Shown here: one piece after another, positions 14,701-26,855 of the stretch | Position numbering within the stretch: position 1 is the stretch's first letter | How the letters are laid out: every line of letters starts with the position of its first letter | Assembly (NCBI RefSeq): GCF_018977255.1 | Contig: NW_024704743.1 | Coordinates: forward strand, 59,088,001-59,152,000 | Origin: Callorhinchus milii | Taxonomy: Eukaryota | Length of the DNA: 64,000 nt | Reading direction: 5' to 3' | Notes under the pieces: model-generated | The model's input: the letters and a program-made list of their open reading frames with translations, nothing else | Told to the model about the DNA's origin: nothing | The model's database searches: none | Made by a program: the position numbers and the translations under genes

Positions 14701-16145
14701 TTTCTCAGCCTGCACTTAAGCTTTGTTAACATTTTGGAAGGCAGTCCAACTTAATATACACACACACACAGAGGATAAGTGCAATCTTCTGAGGTTTCAG
14801 TAATAGCAGCTCTTCTATTCTGCTCTCTCCTGTATCTTTCACTCTGGTACCTGCACACCCTCTGTTTCAATAGCATCAGTGCTAGAAGTGGGGAGTCCCC
14901 ACCATTAGCAATAAAGGAAACCCTAAGCCTGACTGTGTTTTTCCTGACATCTGTCACAATGTCAGTTCATATTTTCTTCAATTCAGCCACTTCCCTTCTA
15001 CATGGGGTGACTGCTATCACCTTCATCAAACTGTTCTGACATTTACCTTTTTCCCCCCCAAGGATCATTACTGACAGATTTTGCAAGGCCATATTGGATG
15101 CTTGTTTTTTCTCCACTTATTCTCATGGAGATTTGATGCAATACATTTCCTATTAAAAAGTGATACCTGGCTGAGAACCAGCAAAGCCAGCTACTGACAA
15201 TCCACCATGGTACTGTACATTCTGTTAAACATGGCCAAGGCCATCAGGCTCAACATGTTTTCAGCATGAAAGCCTGCTGAATGGGGCTGAAAAGCCCACG
15301 TCATACTACGAAACACGAGCCAATTAAACTGCTACACCATCTGCTCACAAGTTACCAAATGCTCTGAGATTTCAAAATAAGGCAGGTGTGTTCATTTGGC
15401 ACCATGTATAACACGGATATTCAAACTACCATACTTTCTGATGCAATTCAACCTGGCCCCTACTGTGTTTTGTACTGTGAATCAAAAGGCTCCCAAAACC
15501 ACCTCCATCACGTAATGTCAGGAGCTGGCCTCTAGTTGATCCACATTGGCTTAAACCCCGATTCGTATTGCACATTGCTTGCTGAATGGCCAGCAAAATA
15601 GTGCTGCTTCACCGTGAATCGAGCAGCATAAACATAGCAAGAATCGGTTCTAGGCTAGTTTAAATTCTGGAAAGAAAAATATTTTTAAAGTTTTATGAGA
15701 TGTCCCAATTTTTAAAAATGAAACATTTTTCAGAATATGGTGAATGTATGTCATTCAAAATAATAATAAAATATTTCTAATACATATATACCAACATTAA
15801 CTAATAACTTGTAAGAACTATAACTAATCTAGTAAATCACAACATTTCCACATGAAAACAGAACAGCGAACACAAGACAATGAGCTGTGAGATAACCCAA
15901 AAAAGTTGCATATAGATATAACATTTCCCATATGATGAAGTTTGATCACTTCACAATGAGTAGGGAAAGGGGTAGGAAGAAGAAGGGGATATCCTTATCC
16001 CAAATCAGAGGGATTAAGGTAACGAGTTCCACAGGTTAAGCACGTAATAACTGACAGAAATGAAACAATGTCATTAGTGCCACAAAAAAAATCATATTCC
16101 ATCTGTTCATGCACTCATTTAAAAAATGATCTTGTAAAACTGTTT

Positions 16146-16420
16146 AATAATAATCATAATCCTTGATTTTGATATAGCACCTTATCACGTCTTTGAGACG
16201 TCTCAAAGCGCTTCACAGAATATACTGTAAAGTGAATTGACTGTATATTTTGTGGGCGAAACGCGGCAGCCAATTGCGCACAGCAGTGTCCCACAAACAG
16301 TCGTGGATTGAGTGATCAATTTTATTATTATTTTTATTGTTTTTAAGGAATTATTATCCCCGGAAAAGTGATCCACCAATCGACTAACAACCAGGTTCCT
16401 ACTTACTGCTGTTTAGGTAA
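16146..16420 (-). mobile_element. 5'-truncated SINE
   Basis: Well-conserved tail and body, no tRNA head. Confidence 0.85.
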
Positions 16421-16660
16421 AAATTTACATTTACACAGCACCTTTCACTTTGGGAAAACATCCCAAGCAATTTAACATCCTGGGCTTAGCACCTGAATTG
16501 TGGTGGAAGTCAAGGTGAGTGGGGAGATGAAACTTGACTGAAAGCAAGGTCCAGGAGGAAGGTCTTGAAATGGACCCTGAAGAAGGGAGCAAGCTGAGAG
16601 GGACTCTGGGATGGAGTTCCAAAGAGTGGGGGCAGAAAGAATGAAAGTTCATCCACTAAT
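16421..16660 (-). mobile_element. Degenerate L2 3' fragment
   Basis: GGAGTTCCAAAGAGTGGGGGCAGAAAG encodes FxxxxPxLWNS on minus; tail-like end at 16421. Confidence 0.6.
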
Positions 16661-18133
16661 AATCTTGTAGTAATAACAAAGATTAATAAACATTCATTTT
16701 ATCCTTTGTATTCTGTAAACAGATTGAAAGTAAAATAAAGAGAAGGGTTAAATGGTGCCCGATGTGACTTGTGCTTTGGTTGCAGACCAGCTGGAGGGGA
16801 GTAATAATGCTACATTGTGTGAGGCAGGTCCTGAATGTTAACACTTTGAAGACTTTCTTCTAATAACTTTCCAAAGGAAAGAATCCTAGTAATGATGTGA
16901 TGCAATTCCCATTAAGTAATTCATGGAGGTGACCTGACCACGTAATGGTATATAGTAAGTTATTTTCTCATCATAAATCAAAACCTAATAGCAGGGAGCC
17001 CTAACTGGCAACACTACTACTAGACTCTTGCAGCTTGCCTTCACGGCTTCCTCAAAACCAACATTAATAACTCATTTTCATCAATGTGGAAATTGAAAAA
17101 AACTTCTACAAAGCTGATAGATAGGCCAGTCTGGTGTGTGTCAAGGACAAAAGAAATCAGTCCCAACCAACAGAACAAAATTCTCTGTGTGAACTCACTT
17201 GGTACGTTCCTGAGTGCCTGTACAAGATCAGGAACTCATCATAGGAGACGTCAAGGCTGTGAACACCAATTTTAAAACACCTGTATCCACTTTATCATTC
17301 GCCATTCCTTTTTTAAACCACATATAGGATTCCACAATCACAATATATAAGTACATTGGAAAAGTGATTTTGAGGAACAATACCAATGATGAATCAATGC
17401 ATAAGCATTCAATTTCTGTTTTGTTCTAAATACGTTTCACTTTGTTAGGCATCCAGGCACCTTCTAGGATAATTTCAGGTATAGATAAATGAAACAACAA
17501 TTTTCTTTTATTTAAAGATTTAAATAATTTATTGTTGCAATTTTACCTCAACGGCATTTTACCCTGAATTATACTAATAATCCTAGCATTGACTGCATTT
17601 GAAGTATTTGCTATTTAAATAACTTTTGATAAGTCTGTCAGATGAACGTGTAATGCAGAGGGCAAATGTGAGATGGGATTTAAAGTTCAGATTTTACAGG
17701 AGACTTTTTAAATAAAAGGATAATTCTACACATAAAGGGTTTCTCTAAAAGCATGTGGTAAAGTGGTTGGTTGGGGGGAAGGGAAGGAAGAAGAAAGCAT
17801 TTTGAGACATGAATATTTAAAATGTGGAAATTGACCCAGCTGATTGCTTAAACACAGAAGCAGGCATAAATATTAAACAACTGCCTTACATACAATACCA
17901 GATAAATTCAAATGGGCCTGATCCATACTTATTCAGTTTTACTTTGCATATATGACATTTATATTAAATACGTTAGATGAATGTAGAAAAACAGAATTCT
18001 CAAATAGATACAGCAATAAAAAAGACCTGGAGTTTATAGCCCCATTTTGTACAGGAGCCTTGCTGTGTCATGCCCCCTTGTCAATTGTAAATAGAATGCA
18101 AACCAGCATCATTATGCATTTAATGTCTTGTAC

Positions 18134-18216
18134 CTGCGGCAGCTGCCCGTGTGTGCTTGTCCCTCGTCCAAATTCCAAGCTGGTCTTCTCCTGTTCCCGC
18201 TCACTCACTGTTTCTC
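18134..18216 (-). CDS. UMAD1: UMAD1 middle coding exon, 83 nt ((G)ETVSEREQEKTSLEFGRGTSTHGQLPQ)
   Basis: Acceptor ttggttacag|GA and donor CAG|gtacaa. Phase 1 start and phase 0 end join the flanking exons in frame with no stop. G-E-T-V-S-E-R parallels human G-D-T-T-D-E-Q. Confidence 0.85.
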
Positions 18217-19247
18217 CTGTAACCAAATCAAATTATAATCGGATGACCAGTGACAGTAATATTCTGTTGCTTATTTTGGCAGAACGCATATTTTAGTGAA
18301 ATCTACAGAGCAATTTATCTCAATAAATAACATAAAGTACAGTAATGAAAAAAACACATACTGACGTTAAACCACATAAACAGCCATATTTATTCACTCA
18401 GTGCACAACTAGATCTTCTAAATAGGATTTTCATCAGCAAATATGTGCCAGTAATGCAGGGCCCTCGTGCTTCTGACCACAATATTACAAATTAAGGTGA
18501 ACATTTTGCACAGTGAACTAAATAGTAAATCACATATTGAAACAATACTAATTTTGAATATGGTATCATCGATATTGTAAACAGAAACAGCCATTTTATA
18601 AAGCTAAAACAATGTTTAGCATTAAGTTGTTGGTTAATCATCTCTGAGTTACAACTAAATTTGGACATGGCAATTGACAATGGTGGAGACTGAGACTTCA
18701 AAATAATCAATCTTTTTGATAGATTCTTTTGTGTTCAACTTGAACTTGAGGAGTTGTAGTTCATTAAATTTAAATGTGGGCATTCTGTGGAATCTAGGGC
18801 AGTTCCAAACTAATATGTTTCCCCTAACCCTGCTGGTTATAGCTGATGGGAACTTCTGAGGGAACTGTGTTCAAATTTCACAAGGAGCTCAGAGAAGATG
18901 CAACAAGTGAATAAGAATAGGCCTGACATACCACCGACGTACCACTGAAGTTTCCAACTTCCTCGTTCTGTGGTCAGACACATGAATATAAAGTCAAATA
19001 TTTTCTTTTTTGTTATTGCTGTGGGAGCTGTCTGAATTTGTTATGACCTCACTGGAATAACGCCAGCACACATGATTCAGTTGGTATTTTTTTTTCAGAT
19101 GATTGATTTATTGAGCTTGAATTTACAGAACACTGAAAACTATAATTTTTTAAAAAAGAATTATGCTGCTGAAAATTACTATAAAGCGCAAACATGGGCA
19201 GCTCAGTATGTTGGAGCCCTAACATACTGCACCTTGATGTCGTAGAT

Positions 19248-19515
19248 TATAATAATACTTGCATTTGATATAGCGCCTTATCACACCAGCCAACTGCACA
19301 CAGCAGTGTCCCACAAACAGCCGTAGATTCAGTGACCAATTTTTTTGGGAGGGATTATTGTCCTCGGAAAGCGATCCGCCCCAATCGACTTACTGCTAGG
19401 TAAACAGAGGATTGTGAAATAAGGAAACTTGCCTCAGGCTTTGCCTTACCCAGGATTCAGACCCAGGTCCTCTCGCTTGTGAGGCGAGTGCTCTAACCAA
19501 TACGCTACAGGACTC
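19248..19515 (-). mobile_element. tRNA-derived SINE with internal deletion
   Basis: Tail and head present; part of the 3' body is missing. Confidence 0.85.
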
Positions 19516-19947
19516 TACAAGTCCTCTACAGGAATCTTAAAGGGAAAAAAATGAAAAAAAATAAAAATGTGCTCATTCATGGAAGCAACTTAAACATTCG
19601 TTGTAGCTGAAAACTTAAATCTTGACCCACAATGCATTTACTGTATGCAGGTTTGGGTGACAAAGTAACATGACATTTCATAGGTCCTACACTATAGAAC
19701 ACTGTGTAGTAAACCTTAAATGAAGCAACCAGCTTTGATTATCAAAATGTTGAGACACTTAGAAACAAGCGGAACAACACCTCTACTATTCACCAACTTT
19801 CCTCACTTTTTAATGGAGTCATGTAGTTCAGATGCTAGTTTTATAATTTATGAGGTCTATATATGGTAAAAATATATAAAAGTTGGATTAATAATTACAT
19901 TTCTCTTCTCTCATTGCAGTAATAAAGGCTTATGCAAAATAATGAGT

Positions 19948-20011
19948 ATACCACACATTAGTATCAATAAAATAACAGGCATACCAAACATTAGTATCAA
20001 TAAAACTACAG
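19948..20011 (+). repeat. 33-bp tandem duplication
   Basis: ATACCA(C/A)ACATTAGTATCAATAAAA twice. Confidence 0.9.
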
Positions 20012-23000
20012 AAGCACATTCCGACCTTGGCAAAAGCAGGAGGTAAAACATACAACGTATTTGGATCATCTGGCCTTCTTTTTCCAGTGGAATGAGGCAG
20101 GAGTTGCCACTGGATAGAATGACTTTTAAGAAGGATAAAACATACTGCAGTAAAAGCAAATATCATTGTAAAATGAGCAGCTACACCAGGAATAGCTAAT
20201 CTGTAAAAGGAGGCCTCATGTGGATAGGCCTACTGCAATCCAACCGTACTCCAAAGAACATCTAAAGGGTTTTTCCACCTATATTACACCATTAGTCTTG
20301 AAATACCAAGAAGGATTCTGGTTGAACTAAGGTTCGGAAGTGCCAAAACAAAATCCTGATAAATACATGGATTACGCTTATTTTGCACAAAGTATTTGCT
20401 TAAACTGCAAGCAATATACAGATACTTCTCCATTGCAAAAGACTTTAAAAATATCAGAGTGGTGATGAACAACGTTCAACAATAGGGCTGATATTACACT
20501 GGTCAACGTTCAGACTTTGATGATGTGTGCCCACTTGATGATGTGCAGGTATAATGGAAAACGGTTGTAAGCGCACAAACTATTACATTTAATGACAAGC
20601 AAAGTATCTTGCCCAATGGCTCTAGATACAAACAAAAGGTATATAACAGCAATAGAATACACAAGTTAATAGATTATAAAGGTCTTCCTTGCAAGTTTTG
20701 TAAATTTCACTCCTGTTTATTCTATTTATATAAAATGTGTGAAGAAACAATTTTGGATCAAGATAACTTTAAAATATTTCGTCTGTTATGTTTTTTTCTC
20801 CTCCTTTCAGGTTTGCTCCACCATGTACCAAACACTGACTGAGTGAACACCTGAACAACATGCCTCTGTCCTCACACTTCTTATGGCTTCCCCCCAGCAA
20901 ACGTAGGAGAATGGCCCAATGTGGCTCTGCTTAGCATTTCCAAAATGGCAAATTCATGTGGGGATTGCAGGCCTACACTCACTATTACCACTATTTTGTT
21001 AGGTCCAAGATAATTAAAGGTACATTTAATACTGTACTTCCTATTTTGCCAGGTTCCAACCACCAGTCAGTTTTCTTGTATGGAATCCCTTGTAATTTTA
21101 CCAAAATAAAGCTTAAATGGGTTTGACACAGACATGAAAACAGCTTATCTGCCCACTAATGTAGGTGACCTGAAAAAGACTAATGTTGAGAAAATTGAGA
21201 AAAAAGAAAGCATTTTAAAACAATCTCCAAATCGCAAGATCCTGGTTACAAAAATAGCAAACAAAAAACAAACACTCCTCCTTCCCCTATGTGCCCTGAA
21301 AAAACACAATCATCTGATTTGTTTTAAAAACATATTTGGAAAGAGATATTTTGTTTTGCCCTGGATGTGAAGCTACATAATGTACAGTTTTGCAATCAGG
21401 ATACTCCTTTATATTCAGAGATTTACAACTACTTAACTTTTGTTTGGCTTTGTTCATTTTGGTACAATCTGGTAATAATTTTATTTGATCAGTGACTGCT
21501 GATGACTTTAATGAGCCACTACCTTGAAAGTTTTACATGGCTTGACATATGAGAGAGTTGAAGATAGATATCTGATGCTAAACCACTTGAGTTAATGCTC
21601 TCACTAATGTTATTTCACCTCTCTCGTTCTATTGCTTGGTAACTCCTTGTGCCAAGGATGAGATCACCTCGCTGCTCAAATGAAAATAGTTTTTCAAAAA
21701 TACACAGCAAAGGTAATGGACAAAGCAAAAAGGGTAATTAATCTTAATTCTTTATAATCTAAATAGATTCTTATGGAGTAGTATGATGGAGCAACATGCA
21801 GATAGCATCCCAGGCATGTGGCACATGTTCAAACCTCTACTCCCCTGAGTTCCTAATAGGAGGTGCCATGCCCTGCTCTACTTTGAGCAAACAACAAGCA
21901 GAGGCCAGGCAAGAGAGAAGGGAATTGAAATGGGACAAGAAGAAGCTTTCATTCGGCAATTCCTTTATGCTTCCTTGTAGCAAGTTAACACCTGTGGTCG
22001 TTTGAGAGCATTTAAAAAATGAACAGCTATAGATAGCAATTGTAGGATAAGACACCAGAAAGTACTTATTTACATAGAGGGCATTCAACAGCAGGAACGG
22101 ATTACAAGGAAAAGTGGTTGCGGCTTGGACAGTATAGTCATTTAAAATTAATAATTTCAAACCAATTTTTATTGTTAGTTTCTATGTCTATGGTCCTGAA
22201 AACTGCTTTGATTCAATGTAGAAGATGGGCAGGCAGACCTCAATGGTCATTTCCAGTCCCATTTCCCATTATACATTTTAGAATTTTGAAAGAACAACCA
22301 AAAATACTTAATAATAATAATCCTTGCATTTGATAAGTCACTTAATTAAACTTGCTTTGTCCACTCATAACTACAACATGCATTTATGTAGCACCCTCAC
22401 ACAGCGCAGCGTCATATGCACTATTAAATGGTACAGGAAGCCCAGAGATTACTTATGTGGTGTCATTTTTCAAAAAATCCACCATTTATGAATTAAGTGA
22501 TGTACATTGTAGAAATACAGCAAATCCTGAGGAGGAAACACCCAGACTGTAAGAATATTTAGCATGTCAAGTTGCCCAATCATCCATTTCCGTTGCCAGA
22601 ATTAGGTTTTTTTCACAAATGGATCAGCTGCCAAATCAAGATACATATCGCTGTGTCTACATTGGCAGCAATAATTGGTGGTTTAGATGATATAAACATT
22701 CAGAAACTATAAAATATGCTCAGTTTGATATGGAATACTATATAAACTAAAAATTAAGGACAGTTCTGGAGACTGCATTGTGCTTATTCATGCATCAAAT
22801 ACAGCAAATGGAGAATTTTATTCCAGTTTCAATTTGGTGATCAATCTCGCTTTGACTCAGATCATTCTTTTGAGTAGAAAACAAACATTTGTGATAAATG
22901 GGAAAGAAGACAGATTAAAAACTTGAGTCTTGGCATGTCAGATATACAAGCAATACATAACCGGTCTCATTAGTCACTTCTTCCACACATAAATGGAAAT

Positions 23001-23153
23001 AAATGGAAACGTACATGGAAATAAAGTCTAGAATTGAAACTACCATACACCTTACTTCCCATTATAGGGGACATTAAATTCAAAATGTATATTTGTATTC
23101 AGAATTGTTTTTACCTGACCAGCAAGGGGGAGGGCTCTAACCACAAAGCTACA

Positions 23154-23526
23154 GGAGTCCTATATCTTTGTGGTAGAGCATTCGCCTCGCAAGAGAGAGG
23201 ACCTGGGTTTGATTCCTGGGCAGAGCAAACCGTTGGGCAAGTTTCCTTACTCCACAAGCCTCTGTTTACCTAGCGTAATAGGAACTTAGTTATTAGTTGA
23301 TTTGCGGATTGCATTTTGGGGGGTAATAATCCCTTCAAAAAAATAATAATAATAATTTGGTCACTCAATCCACGACTGCTTGTGGGACATTCTGTGTGCA
23401 ATTGGCTTCAGTGTTTTGCTCACATTTACATTCAGTAAATTCACTTTACAGTATATTCTGTGAAGCGGTTTGAGACGTCTCAAAGACGTGATAAGGCACT
23501 ATATCAAATGCAAGGATTATTATTAT
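23154..23526 (+). mobile_element. Full-length tRNA-derived SINE, longer subfamily
   Basis: Head, body and (ATT)n tail, plus the extra segment CCTCTGTTTACCTAGC...AGGAAC also present in the 19248, 34217, 41330 and 58915 copies. Confidence 0.88.
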
Positions 23527-23657
23527 GTTAGCTGATAAGATCATGATACAGGGGAGGAGCCCCCACCGCCTGGCCCAGTTCACCTTTCACGAACATGTGA
23601 TTGAGGCATGGGTGATGCAGCAAGTGCTCCATCTAACAGCACACAAGGAAAAGTTGA

Positions 23658-23865
23658 AACAAAAACAGAGATCCCTGGGAACACTCAGCAGGTCAAGCAG
23701 CATCTATGGAGAAAAGAAAGTGGGTCAACCTTCTGGGTCCGTGATCCTTCGTCAGACGTTGACCCACTTTCCTTTCTCCATAGATACTACCTGACAAGCT
23801 GAGTATTCCCAGCGACTTCTGTTTTTATTTCAGATTTCCAGCATCTGCAGTATTTTGCATTTTAA
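23658..23865. mobile_element. Second palindromic Penelope-like remnant
   Basis: Same inverted arms as 26605-26855 with a shorter centre. Confidence 0.7.
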
Positions 23866-24735
23866 GGAATAGTTGAAACCTGTTTATAAAGATAGCCAAT
23901 ATCAGATATGCTGCTGTCAAGCCTAGCCCTACAAATGGAGATACAATTCTACTAAATAACAGCAGCATCAAAGGATTCATTTGCTTGATTTGAGAACTTT
24001 CCAATAATGCATACTACATTATTTTTAAAGCACACTGTAAATAAAAGGTCTAACAAATAATAAAATGGGTTTGCTTAATAACTCAGTTGACTGAACTACT
24101 GTCAGTGTGAATCTTAACCACAGACCCATAGTTGAATAACTTGCCAACATTCACCACAATGTGTTCATACCTCAAAGATATTCTCAACAGAGAGAGTGAT
24201 ATAGTATGTCTCTGGTGCATAACCAGAACTTCCATGCTACACTTCACAAGAATACTGAAAACACCAAGTCGACACATCTATTGAAAATAACCACTTTTTA
24301 CGCTATAAGAATAGCACTTCAAGCATTAGTTTCTAGGCTTCATAAGCACACGCAATTTCACACTCGGAAAAATCTGTGGCAAAGCTGGAAGAAGAATTTA
24401 AATCATTAAGAAAACTCTGGTTTTCTTATCATCTTGGTGTCTAACTTTAGCGTCCTACAATGCCTACATGCACTGACTGACAGAATTTTATAGTGCAGCT
24501 TTCTGCTGGTCAGCTGTTTGTCTGATACACATGAAACCTCATCCGTTTCTAGACAAAACTACTGAGCGCCACAAAATATGAATGGAAATTTCCACTTGTA
24601 GTCCAGCTTGACATAGACTACAAATCTCTTGCTTCTGGGCACTGCACAATTCACAACCGTGAATACCAGCAGATTTGATGACAAGTTACTATAATGAAAG
24701 AAGAGGCCAAGTTATCAGTTTTCTTAGAAACTGAC

Positions 24736-25306
24736 AGCACCTCCCTCCACAAGCTGCAGGTCATTCAGAACTCTGCAGCTCGTGTACTGTCCCGCACCAG
24801 GCTTCGGGACCACATCACTCCCACCCTCGCTCGCCTCCACTGGCTCCCCATCCCCCAGAGGATCGAATTCAAGATCCTCATCCTCACCTACAAGGCCATT
24901 CATGGCCTCGCTCCCTCCTACCTCTCCGACCTACTATCCCCCTACCTACCTGCCCGTACCCTCCGTTCCTCTGGCTCCGGTCTGCTCCACGTCCCCCGCC
25001 CCAACCGCCCTACCATCGGTGGTCGGGCCTTCAGCCTCTCAGCCCCGAGGCTCTGGAACTCTATCCCTCAGTGCCTTCACCGCTTCCTCCCTTTCCTCCT
25101 TCAAGGCCGGTCTCAAGACCTTTCTCTTTGACCGTGCCTTCAGCTCCCCTCTCGACTCTCTACCCCCTCCTCGCTCCCTCCCTTCCCTCCCCTCACCCTG
25201 ACCATTTCCCCACTGCTCGGGTCCTGACCCAACTGTACAGCGCCTTGGGATGTCCTCCCGACATGAAAGGCGCTCAATAAATGGAATCTTGTTGTTGTTG
25301 TTGTTG
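24736..25306 (+). mobile_element. L2 LINE 3' end, young
   Basis: LQVIQNSAARVL...HITPTLARLHWLPIPQRIEFK; CpGs retained; (TTG)n tail. Confidence 0.92.
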
Positions 25307-25699
25307 ATGAGCAGCACCATAGGGTTGACATTTATAGTCTAGGCCTAACATTTACGCTATGAACACAAGAGCTGTAACTGTCTCAACATTCTCTAATTAT
25401 CAAAAACGAAGACCAACAAGTAGCAAAAGCTTCATAAACCACTACTTCTGCTGATGGAACACCTTGTGGCTGCTGGCATGTCTTGTACGCGTAAGTTTAA
25501 ATGCAGAGTTAAACTATCATTTGTCAGGCCTGCTGAAGAATGCTATTATTTTGTCTATTTTCTTTCCTTTTTATGCCCCAACACAATCTCTCTTTAAGTG
25601 CCCCAACCAATTTATTAGGGTAAGTTGTGAAAACTTCTGGCTAGTTATCTCCAGCTGGATCCTGTTTTTATACCATCTACTGTATAGATTTTTAAATAA

Positions 25700-26137
25700 A
25701 TAACAATAATAATCCTTGCATTTTATATAGCGCCTTATCATGTCATTGAGACATCTCAAAGTGCTTCACAGAATACTGTAGATTGAATTAACTGTATATT
25801 TTGTAGGCGAAATGCGGTGTCCCACAAAAAACAACAATCCTTGCATTTGATGTAGTGTTTTTCACGTCTTCTCGACGTCTCAAAGCGTTTCACAGAATAT
25901 ACTGTAAAGTGAATTGATCGTATATTTGTGGGCGAAATGTGGCAGCCAATTGCACACAGCAGTCTCCCACAAACAGTTGTAGATTGAAAATGACCAATTT
26001 ATTATTGTTTTGTTTTGGAGGGATTATTATCAGGCGTGTGGAGTAAGGAAACTTGCCCAAGGTTTCGCCCTGTCTGGAATTGAACCCAGGTGTCTCGCTT
26101 GCAAGGCGAGTGCTCTAACCACTGAGCTACAAGACTT
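25700..26137 (-). mobile_element. Tandem SINE pair: 3' fragment (25700-25829) abutting a full-length copy (25830-26137)
   Basis: Two AATCCTTGCATTT tails; head GCTCTAACCACTGAGCTACA near 26112-26131. Confidence 0.88.
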
Positions 26138-26604
26138 GTGGAATGATGTCATGGAATGATATGTATAATATATGTATATTTATAAATATTATTCCTTGTA
26201 GAGGCTTTGGTAGATTATTTTACGATAAAATAAAACTCATATACATATATCTATGTGAAGGGATTTTTTATCATGTAAGCCAGATTTTTAAGGAACTGGT
26301 TAAAATCTTGTGATTTACACCAGATCTGAAACCTTCGTGTTACAAGATTGGTTTAAGTGGGTCACTTAAAGAGTTTCATGCTCCATCACAAGACTGGTAT
26401 GCAAATTTGTATATAAAACAAACCATTTTATAAAATGGTTCATATTAAGGCAAGAGACATCTATTACACAGAAAATTCAACTTACAACAACAGATTTGAT
26501 TCCCATTTTCTCACCCTTTGTAACTTCTTAAACACTGTGCCTGGACTTCAGCCAAGAGGATTACTGCAAATATCTCCATGGCCAAGCCAATGCTATTACA
26601 TGAC

Positions 26605-26855
26605 AACAAAAACAGAAGTCGCTGGGAAGGCTCAGCAGGTCAGGCAGCATCTATGGAGAAAGGAAAGTGAGTTAACGTTTCTGGTTCTCGACGCTTCGTC
26701 AGAACCTTCGTCCACGACCGTTCTGACAAAGGGTCGTGGGCCTGAAAACATTGGCTCACTTTCTTGTCTCCATAGATGCTGCCTGACCTGATGAGCGTTC
26801 CCAGCGACTTCTGTTTTCGTTTTCAGATCTCCAGCATCTGCAGTATTTTGTGTTC
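26605..26855. mobile_element. Palindromic Penelope-like terminal-repeat remnant
   Basis: Arms AAAACAGAAGTCGCTGGGAA...CAGGTCAGGCAGCATCTATGGAGA and TCTCCATAGATGCTGCCTGACCTG...TTCCCAGCGACTTCTGTTTT are inverted repeats. Confidence 0.7.

Noticed and set aside
15525..15542. Possible CTCF site (minus CAACTAGAGGCCAG)
   Set aside because: Several mismatches to the core consensus; not supportable without a matrix scan.
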